Source of the DNA: Gemmatimonadota bacterium
GTDB taxonomy: Bacteria; Gemmatimonadota; Gemmatimonadetes; Palauibacterales; Palauibacteraceae
Direction of reading: 5' to 3'
Length of the DNA stretch: 64,000 bases
NCBI GenBank assembly: GCA_039589195.1
Contig: JBDHHV010000038.1
Span: forward strand, 13,288-77,287
Numbering within the stretch: the first letter of the stretch is position 1; every line of letters starts with the position of its first letter. The position numbers and the translations under genes are program-made. The notes under the pieces were generated by a model that was not told the DNA's origin, ran no database searches, and saw only the letters and a list, made by a program, of their open reading frames with translations. Positions 19,009 to 27,055 of the stretch are shown piece by piece.

Positions 19009-20847
19009 TCAGGGGAGCGCTGTACGGCTCCCTCCCTTCACCCGCTCCCAAGCTGCGGAGCGCACCCGCTCCATCTCCCGCCGGAACTCGGGGCTCGTCC
19101 GGACACGCGCGAACAGCGCGGACTCTAGCACTCGGGGCTCCACGCCGCTCGGGGAGAGCTCGAACGCGATGTCCATCCACGTGACGGCTTGATCCACGTC
19201 ACGGGTCCAGGCGTAGTAACACGCAAGGTCCTCGGCGCGTATCACGTGCGAGTAGATGGAGTCGAGAACGGCCCCCGAGCTCAGCTCCCGGGAGATCGAA
19301 TCAGCGATCACCGTGGCTTCCACGCTCCGCCCCAGCTCGTACAGGCACATGGCTCGAATGCCATCGTGGGGGCCGAGGTCCAGCCCCAGACACTCGCTCG
19401 CTCGCCCGCTGAGCAGTAAGGCCCGGGCCTCGATGGCGCGAGGCAACATCAGCTCCGGCTGCAGCGACCGCGCCGCTCGTGCCTCTTCGAGCGCCCTCTC
19501 GTACCGCCCCAGGGACAGCGCCTCGTAGGCCAGGGCGAGACGGCGACCCGCGTTCTGCGGGTCGAGCGCGATCGCCTGGGCGGCGGCGTCGAAAGCTGCA
19601 TCGACCTCGCCCTGCTGGTTGATGACCCGAGCACACCATGAGAGGGCGTCCGCCGCACCGGGCGCCAACTCGATCGCCCGCCGACAGTCCTCGTCGACAT
19701 CCTCGGGAGGCGCATGAGAACGGGTGGCGATGTATCCGCGGGCCGAATAACCGGACGACCCCTCGGGCTCGAGCTCCACCGCCCGGTTGGCCAACGCGAG
19801 GGCCAGCCCGGCAGCGCCATACCCGTCCAGGTCCCAGCGATAGCGATACGCCAAAGAGAGGGCGTGGGCCTTCGAGAGCGCCGCGTACGCCTCCGCGTGT
19901 CCCTCTTCGAGCTCGATCGCTTCCTCGAACTTCGCCCGAGCCTGGGAGAGTCCCTCCTTGGTACGCCGTCCGAGCCAGCTCTTGCCCAGCAGATAGGCCT
20001 GTTGACCCGTCGTACCGTGCGTGGGGCGATCGAAGCTGACGCTGGTCGTGAGCGCGGGTGTGTTCGCCACGTAGTCGTTCCCGAACGCGCGCGCGATCTC
20101 GCCGGCCGCCGCGAGCCCCTCGGGGACTTCCGCATCGTAACGCTGTGTCCAGACGACGCTTCCCGTCACGCTCTCGGTGGTGCGCACGTTCACCCACATC
20201 CGCCCCGTGTCACGGTAAAGCGAAGCCTGGACGAGCTTGCTGACGCCCAGGGAATCGGCGAGCTGTCGCGGCGTGAACTGCAGGTCGAGGAATCGCTGCA
20301 CCGAAAACGGGTCGATCACCTTGACCCGTCCGATCCTCTTCAACGCGCCGATCATCTCGTCGGTGAGCCCCGCGCTCAGGTTCAAAAGGGCGGAGTCTCC
20401 GGTGCGGTTCTCGACGGGCAGGATCGCTACGGAATCGAGAAAATCGGCCCCCGTGAGCGCCGCGAGCGATTCGCCGCCGGGCGAGCGCCAGGGGCGCCAC
20501 ACCAACAGAAGCGCTGCGAAAAGAGCCAGGGTCGCAGCGGCCGCGACACGGGACCGCCTGGACGGAGGCGGTACCGGTTGGGCCTCGTCGGCAGGCAACT
20601 CGCGCTGGACCCCCTCCGGCGTGAGCTCGAACACCCACGCGAGCGCGACGATGACCGGGAATCCGGCGATCGCGAGGATGACAACGAGTTGATAAGCACC
20701 GTCGGGCAGATAAAGCGCCGGGAAGGTCAGGTCCGCCGCCTCGATGACGCCGAGCGCGACCACCGCGTACACCAGAGCGACACGGAAGACCTTCCTCCGT
20801 TGCAACTCACTCAGAAAAACGCGGATACGAGACGTTGGCTGTTCCAT
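19009..20847 (-). CDS. Membrane-anchored TolB_N-like + TPR repeat protein (sensor/regulatory family)
   Basis: N-terminal RKVFRVALVYAVVALGVIE anchor motif, a TM helix, a TolB_N-like segment (AILPVENRTGD...) and C-terminal TPR-like repeats. Confidence 0.65.
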   Translation of the reverse strand: MEQPTSRIRVFLSELQRRKVFRVALVYAVVALGVIEAADLTFPALYLPDGAYQLVVILAIAGFPVIVALAWVFELTPEGVQRELPADEAQPVPPPSRRSRVAAAATLALFAALLLVWRPWRSPGGESLAALTGADFLDSVAILPVENRTGDSALLNLSAGLTDEMIGALKRIGRVKVIDPFSVQRFLDLQFTPRQLADSLGVSKLVQASLYRDTGRMWVNVRTTESVTGSVVWTQRYDAEVPEGLAAAGEIARAFGNDYVANTPALTTSVSFDRPTHGTTGQQAYLLGKSWLGRRTKEGLSQARAKFEEAIELEEGHAEAYAALSKAHALSLAYRYRWDLDGYGAAGLALALANRAVELEPEGSSGYSARGYIATRSHAPPEDVDEDCRRAIELAPGAADALSWCARVINQQGEVDAAFDAAAQAIALDPQNAGRRLALAYEALSLGRYERALEEARAARSLQPELMLPRAIEARALLLSGRASECLGLDLGPHDGIRAMCLYELGRSVEATVIADSISRELSSGAVLDSIYSHVIRAEDLACYYAWTRDVDQAVTWMDIAFELSPSGVEPRVLESALFARVRTSPEFRREMERVRSAAWERVKGGSRTALP

Positions 20848-21019
20848 GCCGGCCCGGTTGATGGGTGACCATAAAGGATATGGGGAAGGCTGTGGACTCT
20901 ACAAGCCGCCTTCCAGAGCTCCGGAGCTCTCGAACCGGGCAGCGAGGTTGATGGGACTGCTGGGTGCATGCGGGTGTGGTAGGTTCACGCGACATCCCAC
21001 CCTTCGACCCGAGGTGATC

Positions 21020-22228
21020 ATGGACAGGCGCGACTTCGTGAAGACTTCGGCCGTCGGCGTTGCTGCGGCGGCGACCCCGGGCGCTCTGGCGGCGGCGATA
21101 CCGGACGCTCCGGCTGCCCCCACCCCGAGGCGAGCCCCGACGATGCTCAAACCCCGCGCCGTGCGGCCCGTCGTGATCTCGGACCTGAGCGGGATCCGCT
21201 TCAAGAACGGCGGCCCGGAGAGCGCGATCGAGCGGGCGTTCCGCGGCATCACCGAAGGAGAGGACGTGCTCGACGCCCTGATCGGGGGTGTGAACATCCC
21301 GGAGAGCGATCCGGCCGAGATGGGGATCGGCTATGGCGGTCTTCCGAACGCCGATGGAGTCGTCCAGCTCGACTCGTGCTGTATGCACGGGCCCCGCAAG
21401 TGGGCGGGTGGCGTGGCCGCGCTCGAAGGGATTCGCACGCCGTCCCTCGTCGCGCAGGCCGTCGCCGAGCTCACCGACCATCACCTCCTCGTCGGACACG
21501 GCGCGCAGGCCTTCGCACGCGCGCTCGGGTTCGAGATCGAGGACGACCTCAATACCGACGAGTCGAGGGCGTTGTGGCTCGAGTGGCGTCGACGGGCAGA
21601 CCCCGGCCATTGGCTCGATCCGGAGGAGCGGCTCCAGGACCAGGGCCTTCAGGGCGAGGACACCGATCCAGAGGGGATCCGCGAGTTCGCCGACGCGGCG
21701 CTCGAAGCGGGCCTCTCGATGGTCGACGACGGCCTGATCCCGGCGCACTCGTTCTGGGGCACGGTCAACTGCGACGGGATCGGTCCCGACGGCGATATCT
21801 GCGGCGTGACGACTACGAGCGGGCTGTCGTGGAAGATCCCGGGACGTACGGGCGACTCGCCCATCCTGGGAGCCGGGCTGTACGTGGACAACGAAGTCGG
21901 TGCCGCCGGCTCGACCGGACGCGGCGAAGCGAACCTCTACAACCTGTCCTCGTTCCTGATCGTCGAGTTCATGCGCCAGGGGATGAGCCCGAAAGATGCA
22001 GGCATGGCGGCGCTACGGCGGATCCAGTCCAACACGGTCGAGCCCCGGCTGCTGAACTCGCGCGGGCTCCCGAACTTCGATGTGCGCTTCTTCATCTTGA
22101 ACAAGCAAGGGGAATACGCCGGCGTCGCGATGTACGGCTCGAGCGAGACGCATTACGCCGTTTGCACGGAGAACGGCGCCGAGGAGCTGCCGTTCGAGCG
22201 GGTGCTGGAGGGGTCACCTCGAGACTGA
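21020..22228 (+). CDS. N-terminal nucleophile hydrolase, asparaginase-2 / isoaspartyl peptidase / glycosylasparaginase family, TAT-exported
   Basis: ATG 21020 with GAGGTG upstream. TAT motif RRDFVKTSAVGVAAAA. Family regions HSFWGTVNCDGIG and ILGAGLYVDNEVGAAGSTGRGE. Confidence 0.75.
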   Translation: MDRRDFVKTSAVGVAAAATPGALAAAIPDAPAAPTPRRAPTMLKPRAVRPVVISDLSGIRFKNGGPESAIERAFRGITEGEDVLDALIGGVNIPESDPAEMGIGYGGLPNADGVVQLDSCCMHGPRKWAGGVAALEGIRTPSLVAQAVAELTDHHLLVGHGAQAFARALGFEIEDDLNTDESRALWLEWRRRADPGHWLDPEERLQDQGLQGEDTDPEGIREFADAALEAGLSMVDDGLIPAHSFWGTVNCDGIGPDGDICGVTTTSGLSWKIPGRTGDSPILGAGLYVDNEVGAAGSTGRGEANLYNLSSFLIVEFMRQGMSPKDAGMAALRRIQSNTVEPRLLNSRGLPNFDVRFFILNKQGEYAGVAMYGSSETHYAVCTENGAEELPFERVLEGSPRD

Positions 22229-22342
22229 TCGGGGGGAGGGGCTCGCGACTCACGCCGCGAGGTTCCCACGGTTGCGCGAGCGAAGCCGGTCCGGCTGTCC
22301 CCGCGCTCCCGCACCCCGAGGACGTGCAACCCGGACTGCGGT

Positions 22343-22368
22343 GTAACCTCCGGCGTCCAGCCACAGTC
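22343..22368 (+). promoter_or_regulatory. Putative ECF-type promoter GTAACC-N17-GTC upstream of the sigma/anti-sigma operon
   Basis: tgGTAACCtccggcgtccagccacaGTCa lies 86 nt upstream of ATG 22454. The same motif and spacing recur at 23697. Confidence 0.4.
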
Positions 22369-22453
22369 ACATCAGAGACTGGGACCGCGGAGGGAGCCCC
22401 TGCTCGTGTTCGGTGTGCATCGTTCCTTCCAGGACAGCGGAATGGTGGGGTGA

Positions 22454-23014
22454 ATGCGCGCGGATAGGACCGACCCTGAGTTGATGGCGGCCGTGGCCCG
22501 TGGTGACCTGAACGCGCTCGGGGTGTTGTTCGAACGTCATCACGCGCTGGTACACTCGCTCTGCTACCGGATGACCGGGAGCTCCTCCGTCGCCGACGAC
22601 CTCGCGCAGGAGTCCTTCCTGCGAGTCCTCAGATACAGCGTTGGATTCGAGGCCCGGGCCGCCTTCACGACGTGGTTGTACAGGCTGGTCAGGAACGTCT
22701 GCGTCGATCATCTGGACGCCGAGTCCAGGTCCCTGGCACGAGCGACGAGAATGGCGTCAGAGCAGGAACACTTGCGGGAATCGGCGATCGTGGAGGCCTC
22801 CGAGACCGATCCCCGGCTCGAGACCTTGGCGAAAGCCCTGTACGCGCTGCCGGCCGAGCGCCGGGAAGTGCTGGTATTGAGCCGCTACATGGGCTTGAGC
22901 TACGCGGAGATCGCCGAAGTGTGCGACACCACGGTCGGTGCCATCAAAGTGCGAGCGCACCGGGCGATGCGAGAGCTGCGTTCCAGATTCGAGGAGTTGG
23001 AGCAAGCGCTATGA
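22454..23014 (+). CDS. RNA polymerase ECF sigma factor (sigma-70 group 4)
   Basis: Sigma region 2 (LVHSLCYRMTG...DLAQESFLRV) and region 4 (LSYAEIAEVCDTTVGAIKVRAHRA). The stop overlaps the next gene's start (ATGA). Confidence 0.85.
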   Translation: MRADRTDPELMAAVARGDLNALGVLFERHHALVHSLCYRMTGSSSVADDLAQESFLRVLRYSVGFEARAAFTTWLYRLVRNVCVDHLDAESRSLARATRMASEQEHLRESAIVEASETDPRLETLAKALYALPAERREVLVLSRYMGLSYAEIAEVCDTTVGAIKVRAHRAMRELRSRFEELEQAL

Positions 23015-23676
23015 TGTGCGAAACTGCGGTCGATCTGATCATCGACTCCCTCATGAGCCCGCGGGACGAGGGGCCGGACGAGGACCTGTCCGCCCACCTG
23101 CGCTCATGTCCCTCGTGTGCTGCCGAAGCCGAGAGAATCCGGCGAATCTGGCAGGATCTCGGCAAGCTGAGCGCGCCGGACGCCACGCCGCGCGCGGCGG
23201 TGGAGTTCGGTCGGCGCCTACACGCCTCGCGACGCGGCTCTCGCATCCGACCGCTGCTGCGGGCGGCGGCCGCGATCGCTCTCCTCTCCCTCGGCGCTGC
23301 CGCCGGATACGCGGCGCGAGGGGGCGGATCCGATGGTGTGACGGCTTCCGTTTCCGGACAGCTTGAGTTCCTGCTGCTGGTAAGAGGGGGGCCGCAGGGC
23401 CCCGTCGAGGCCGCAGGCGTGGTGCTGGAATACCAGCAGTGGGCATTGGCGCTGGCGAGCGAAGGCCGTCTGGTGGGCGGGAACAAGCTGATGGATGAGC
23501 CCGGCCGCTGGCTTTCAGCACCGCGGGCGGAAGATCCACGCACCAGCTCCGATATCTCGGGCTACTTTCTGGTGAGCGCGTCCGACTACGAGGAGGCGAT
23601 CGAGATCGCCCGGACATCGCCCCACATCGGCTATGGCGGGACGTTCGAGATTCGGCAGGTAGACCCGGTGAACTGA
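23011..23676 (+). CDS. Anti-sigma factor: zinc-finger (HxxxCxxC) N-domain + TM helix + C-terminal YciI/DGPF-like domain
   Basis: Translationally coupled to the sigma gene. HLRSCPSC motif. TM segment AAAIALLSLGAAAGYA. C-terminal GYFLVSASDYEEAIEIARTSPHIGYGGTFEIRQV resembles YCII-related domains. Confidence 0.7.
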   Translation: MMCETAVDLIIDSLMSPRDEGPDEDLSAHLRSCPSCAAEAERIRRIWQDLGKLSAPDATPRAAVEFGRRLHASRRGSRIRPLLRAAAAIALLSLGAAAGYAARGGGSDGVTASVSGQLEFLLLVRGGPQGPVEAAGVVLEYQQWALALASEGRLVGGNKLMDEPGRWLSAPRAEDPRTSSDISGYFLVSASDYEEAIEIARTSPHIGYGGTFEIRQVDPVN

Positions 23677-23696
23677 CGCGCCCACCGACTCGGGTT

Positions 23697-23722
23697 GTAA
23701 CCTCTCCGGTCGAGTTCCGGTC
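23697..23722 (+). promoter_or_regulatory. Second copy of the GTAACC-N17-GTC motif, upstream of gene 23755
   Basis: ttGTAACCtctccggtcgagttccgGTCc lies 33 nt upstream of ATG 23755. It shares the extended TGTAACCTC(T)CCGG -35 context with the site at 22343. Confidence 0.4.
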
Positions 23723-23754
23723 CAACGGCTGTACCCCAACACGCCGGAGGACAC

Positions 23755-24414
23755 ATGAACAGACTGATTCAAGTGGCTCTCGTTCTGCTACTGACCGCGC
23801 CGGGCATCGCCCCAACCGGGGCCGTAGCGCAGAGCGCCGAGACCGAGCCCCCTATGTTGTCGGAAGCCGAAGAGATCGTTCTGGCGCGAAGCGCGGCGCC
23901 CTCGAACGTGTCGGGTGAGGCGGCGATCCTGGTGCTTCGCGATGGGCGGTATGAAACAGCGGTACCGGGGTCGAACGACGTCACGTGCATGGTGTCGCGC
24001 AGCCAGCCGTTGTCCCTCGAGCCCATCTGCTACGATCCGGAAGCATCCAGGACGATGCTGCGCATGGAGATACGCCGGGTCGAGATGCGTCTGGCCGGCG
24101 TATCCGAAGAGGAGCGCGAGAGACACATCGCGGAATCGATCGGTAGCGGGGAGCTGACCCTCCCGCGGCGGCCGGCCCTCGCCTACATGCTTTCAGCCGG
24201 TCAGATCCTGTACGCGGACGCCGAAACGAGGGTCGGCGCGTGGAATCCGCACATGCATCTGTACATGCCCTACGCGACGGCCGAGCAGTTCGGCGGTCTG
24301 ATTCCCGGCGGGACCTCGACCGGTACCGCGTTCGTTTTCGACGCCGGGAAACCGACCGCGAATCTCGTCGTGATCGTGAGGGAGTTCGTAGAGCCCGAGG
24401 TGGCTGGAAGATAG
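23755..24414 (+). CDS. Hypothetical secreted protein
   Basis: Sec signal (ALVLLLTAPGIAPTGAVA). No recognisable motifs. Located immediately downstream of the ECF operon and the promoter-like motif. Confidence 0.55.
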   Translation: MNRLIQVALVLLLTAPGIAPTGAVAQSAETEPPMLSEAEEIVLARSAAPSNVSGEAAILVLRDGRYETAVPGSNDVTCMVSRSQPLSLEPICYDPEASRTMLRMEIRRVEMRLAGVSEEERERHIAESIGSGELTLPRRPALAYMLSAGQILYADAETRVGAWNPHMHLYMPYATAEQFGGLIPGGTSTGTAFVFDAGKPTANLVVIVREFVEPEVAGR

Positions 24415-24438
24415 TCCGGAAGGGACGTCGGGCTCATT

Positions 24439-24888
24439 TTACTCCGGAAGATCCGGGAGAGGTTCACCCTGGGGGACGAAGCGGAGCGCCGCGCCGTTGT
24501 TGCAGTACCGCTTACCGGTCGGCGGCGGCCCGTCTCCGAACACGTGGCCCTGGTGTCCCCCGCACCGGGCACAGTGATACTCGGTGCGCGGTAGCAGAAG
24601 CTTGAAGTCACGCTTCGTCTCCACATGCCCCGGCAGGTGGTCGAAGAAGCTCGGCCAGCCCGTGCCGCTGTCGAACTTGGCGTCCGCGCGGAACAGTGGG
24701 AGAAAGCACGCGGCGCACACGAACGTGCCGGGGCGCTTCTCCCCGTCCAGCTCGCTGGACCCCGCAGGCTCAGTCGCTTCTTCGAACAAGATGCGATAGG
24801 AGTCTGCGGGGAGCAGCTCGCGCCATTCCACCCTCGTCTTCTCGAGCGGAGTGTACTCCGGTCCGGCTTCGCCTGTCTCGCCCGTCAC
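24439..24888 (-). CDS. msrB: Peptide-methionine (R)-S-oxide reductase
   Basis: MsrB signatures GWPSF and RTEYHCARCGGHQGHVF...RYCNN. GTG start. Confidence 0.85.
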   Translation of the reverse strand: MTGETGEAGPEYTPLEKTRVEWRELLPADSYRILFEEATEPAGSSELDGEKRPGTFVCAACFLPLFRADAKFDSGTGWPSFFDHLPGHVETKRDFKLLLPRTEYHCARCGGHQGHVFGDGPPPTGKRYCNNGAALRFVPQGEPLPDLPE

Positions 24889-25077
24889 CGTGTCTCGCTT
24901 TTCTCTTCGTGGTCGCGGGTCCGCCCCGAGGACCGAGCTCAGCCGGATGGGTAGCTACCGAGGCCGGAAGAGAAGGGGACGCACGCCTTGGCCGATAGTA
25001 TAGTCATGGCAAGAGCCCGGCGCCGAGGTTTCGAGGGATTGGCTCTTCGGCCGTGACCACGGGATGCACTGATGGCT

Positions 25078-25111
25078 GAAGGGGGCGGCGCTACCACGCG
25101 CCGCCCCCTTC
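25078..25111 (-). terminator. GC-rich hairpin (14-bp stem, 6-nt loop) downstream of gene 25158..25667
   Basis: gaagggggcggcgc-taccac-gcgccgcccccttc is a perfect inverted repeat. No U-tract follows on either strand. Confidence 0.4.
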
Positions 25112-25157
25112 GATCGGTCAAGAGCCGACTCGAACCTGGAGGCCCAAGGAGACTCCT

Positions 25158-25667
25158 TCACGAGCGCCTCGAAGCGTCAGAGCCGCAGGCGGGACGGCTA
25201 CCCACCGCTCGCTCTTGATGAACAACCCGACGAGCGCTCCCCACGCCGCGCCCGCCCTCCCCCTCGCAGAAGTCGAACCAGAAGCTTCCGTGGCCCATCG
25301 TGCAGTCGTCCAACGCCGCGACGGCGAGTACTCCCAAGCCCAGCCCGACGCCCGCGCCCCAAAGCGCTCCCTTTCCGGGGTTCCTCTTTCGACCATCGCT
25401 GATCTCCAGCTCGTGGATATTGGCGCGATCGATCGACACGAGAGGTCCGTCGGTGGACCCCACCTGGATCCACAGTGAGTCACCGGCAATCCTTGCCAGA
25501 TGTCCCACGAAGCGTGTGCCCGACCCCGTCGAGCCGGCGAACGCTCCAGCATCCACCGCTCGCACCCTGACGCGGGCACCAGCTTCGAATAACGCGTCCT
25601 GACCGCGAGCCCGTTGTGTCGGCAACAGGGCAAGAGTCGCCACCAATATGAGACCGAACCGTTTCAT
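25158..25667 (-). CDS. Hypothetical secreted protein with glycine-zipper segment
   Basis: ATG 25667 with GGAGAG upstream. Signal peptide MKRFGLILVATLALLP. GALWGAGVGLGLGVLAVAAL glycine zipper. The C-terminal tail looks low-quality (possible frame problem). Confidence 0.5.
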   Translation of the reverse strand: MKRFGLILVATLALLPTQRARGQDALFEAGARVRVRAVDAGAFAGSTGSGTRFVGHLARIAGDSLWIQVGSTDGPLVSIDRANIHELEISDGRKRNPGKGALWGAGVGLGLGVLAVAALDDCTMGHGSFWFDFCEGEGGRGVGSARRVVHQERAVGSRPACGSDASRRS

Positions 25668-25694
25668 GATCGTCTCTCCATTGTGCATGTATGT

Positions 25695-25943
25695 CTAAAG
25701 GAGGACGGCGCCCAACCCCACACCCAGCAGGAAAGCCATGGCGAGGGCGAACGCCCTCCGCGTACGGCGATCTGCTCCGCAAGCATCTCGTCCCACGACC
25801 CGCATGGCCCGTCGGATCTGCTCCGGGTTCGTTCGCGGGTGACGTTCCAGGAACTCCCGGATCGCGACGTCTATGTCCTCACTGAGCTCATCGACTCGCT
25901 CCGATGATCTCATCGTGCCGCGATCATTCGATGCACCGGACAT
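25695..25943 (-). CDS. Small membrane protein (about 82 aa, C-terminal TM anchor)
   Basis: ATG 25943 preceded by AAGGGGG (alternative ATG 25913). The soluble N-part is followed by the AFALAMAFLLGVGLGAVLL helix. It lies between the DUF4097 gene and the glycine-zipper gene on the same strand. Confidence 0.5.
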   Translation of the reverse strand: MSGASNDRGTMRSSERVDELSEDIDVAIREFLERHPRTNPEQIRRAMRVVGRDACGADRRTRRAFALAMAFLLGVGLGAVLL

Positions 25944-26025
25944 CCCCCTTCTCTCCACTCGACTCTCGAGGGGCGCCGGGGCCAACCCGCGGCCCCCAGT
26001 GCACCGCGCCTCCACTCCAGCGGCG

Positions 26026-26835
26026 CTAATTGGAGCGGAGGGCGATGTTCCCATCGAGCGTCGTGAGTCTGAGAGCGCGCCCGCCGCTTCCCAGCGTCCC
26101 ACGCAGCTGCCGACTGGAGCCCAGGCGCGTGATGCTGAGCGGGAAATCGGTCGAGATCGATCCACTTCCCGTGCTGCCCCAGATTTCGGCGTTCGTGCTC
26201 GTCGGGACCCGCACGGTGACGTTCCCATTCAACGCGACAAACAGGAGATCTCGATCCAACACAGCCTTCCCGATGGAGGCCGTGACGTCTCCGTAGAAGG
26301 TGTTCCCTTCGGCAAGCCCGGAAGTCGAGATGTCGATGTCTCCGTAAAGACTGCCGGCGACGACATCACCGTCGAGACCGGTCGCTTCGATGGACCCGGC
26401 GATAGTCCCTGCGACGAAATCACACCCCGCCGGCACCTCGACGTCGAAGGTCACCTGGACATCGTTCGCCCAAGTCGATTGCTGACCGTCGAGGCCCGGC
26501 AGACACTCATTTGGCTCCCGTCCCGACACATCGGGGTAAATCGCGCAAAGCGTCACGCCCTGCTCGGTTTCCACCACATCAATCCGCACGGTGGACGGAT
26601 CGTCTCTCTCTCCTCGCTTACGAGCCACGACGCGGACCATTCCATCCGCGCTCCGGGAGGCCCGCACGTCTCCGCCGATGTTTCTGATCTCGACGGTCTG
26701 ACCCGGAGCGATCTGTCCGCTCCAGTCGAAGCGCTCTGTCCTACCCGGTTCGTTTCCGTCGGGACCGGTGGCATCCGAGCACGCGGCCAACAGCGCAACG
26801 ATCGCCGATATCGTGAAAGCTCTTCGGAATCGCAT
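26026..26835 (-). CDS. DUF4097-family lipoprotein (putative beta-helical adhesin-like, YvlB/LiaG-type)
   Basis: Lipobox LLAACS. Repetitive G-D/N-V/I beta-strand repeats characteristic of DUF4097. RBS GAGGAGGAG. Confidence 0.7.
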   Translation of the reverse strand: MRFRRAFTISAIVALLAACSDATGPDGNEPGRTERFDWSGQIAPGQTVEIRNIGGDVRASRSADGMVRVVARKRGERDDPSTVRIDVVETEQGVTLCAIYPDVSGREPNECLPGLDGQQSTWANDVQVTFDVEVPAGCDFVAGTIAGSIEATGLDGDVVAGSLYGDIDISTSGLAEGNTFYGDVTASIGKAVLDRDLLFVALNGNVTVRVPTSTNAEIWGSTGSGSISTDFPLSITRLGSSRQLRGTLGSGGRALRLTTLDGNIALRSN

Positions 26836-27055
26836 CTTTCTCCTCCTCTATTCGCTTCCTCGGCCGTCTTCTGATCGTCCTGACGAACCGGGAATCCTCG
26901 GTGTCTGGCCACCGCGGGTGATCTGCCGGCGCCGCTATCGCTACTTTGCCCGCCCCTGCACCCGCGACTACGTTTCGAGTGAATGGTAGAGGGCACGCGT
27001 CTCACCGCTGTCTCCCTCAACGTCATGTCGGGGGTTACGCCTTCATGGTCGTCTG

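Noticed and set aside
22228-22454. Possible small RNA or riboswitch in the 226-nt region upstream of the sigma gene
   Set aside because: No stable conserved-looking structure or terminator was found. The region is best explained as a promoter plus 5' UTR containing the GTAACC motif.
25158-25300. Frameshift in the C-terminal tail of the glycine-zipper protein (an alternative frame continues the G/A-rich zipper)
   Set aside because: The evidence is too weak without homologs. The composition alone cannot distinguish a real tail from a frame error.
27033-27038. Third GTAACC hexamer (minus-strand orientation) in the DUF4097/SARP intergenic region, as another ECF promoter
   Set aside because: The spacing and the -10 do not fit: no GTC lies 17 nt downstream and the extended CTCCGG context is missing. 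It is likely a chance hexamer.
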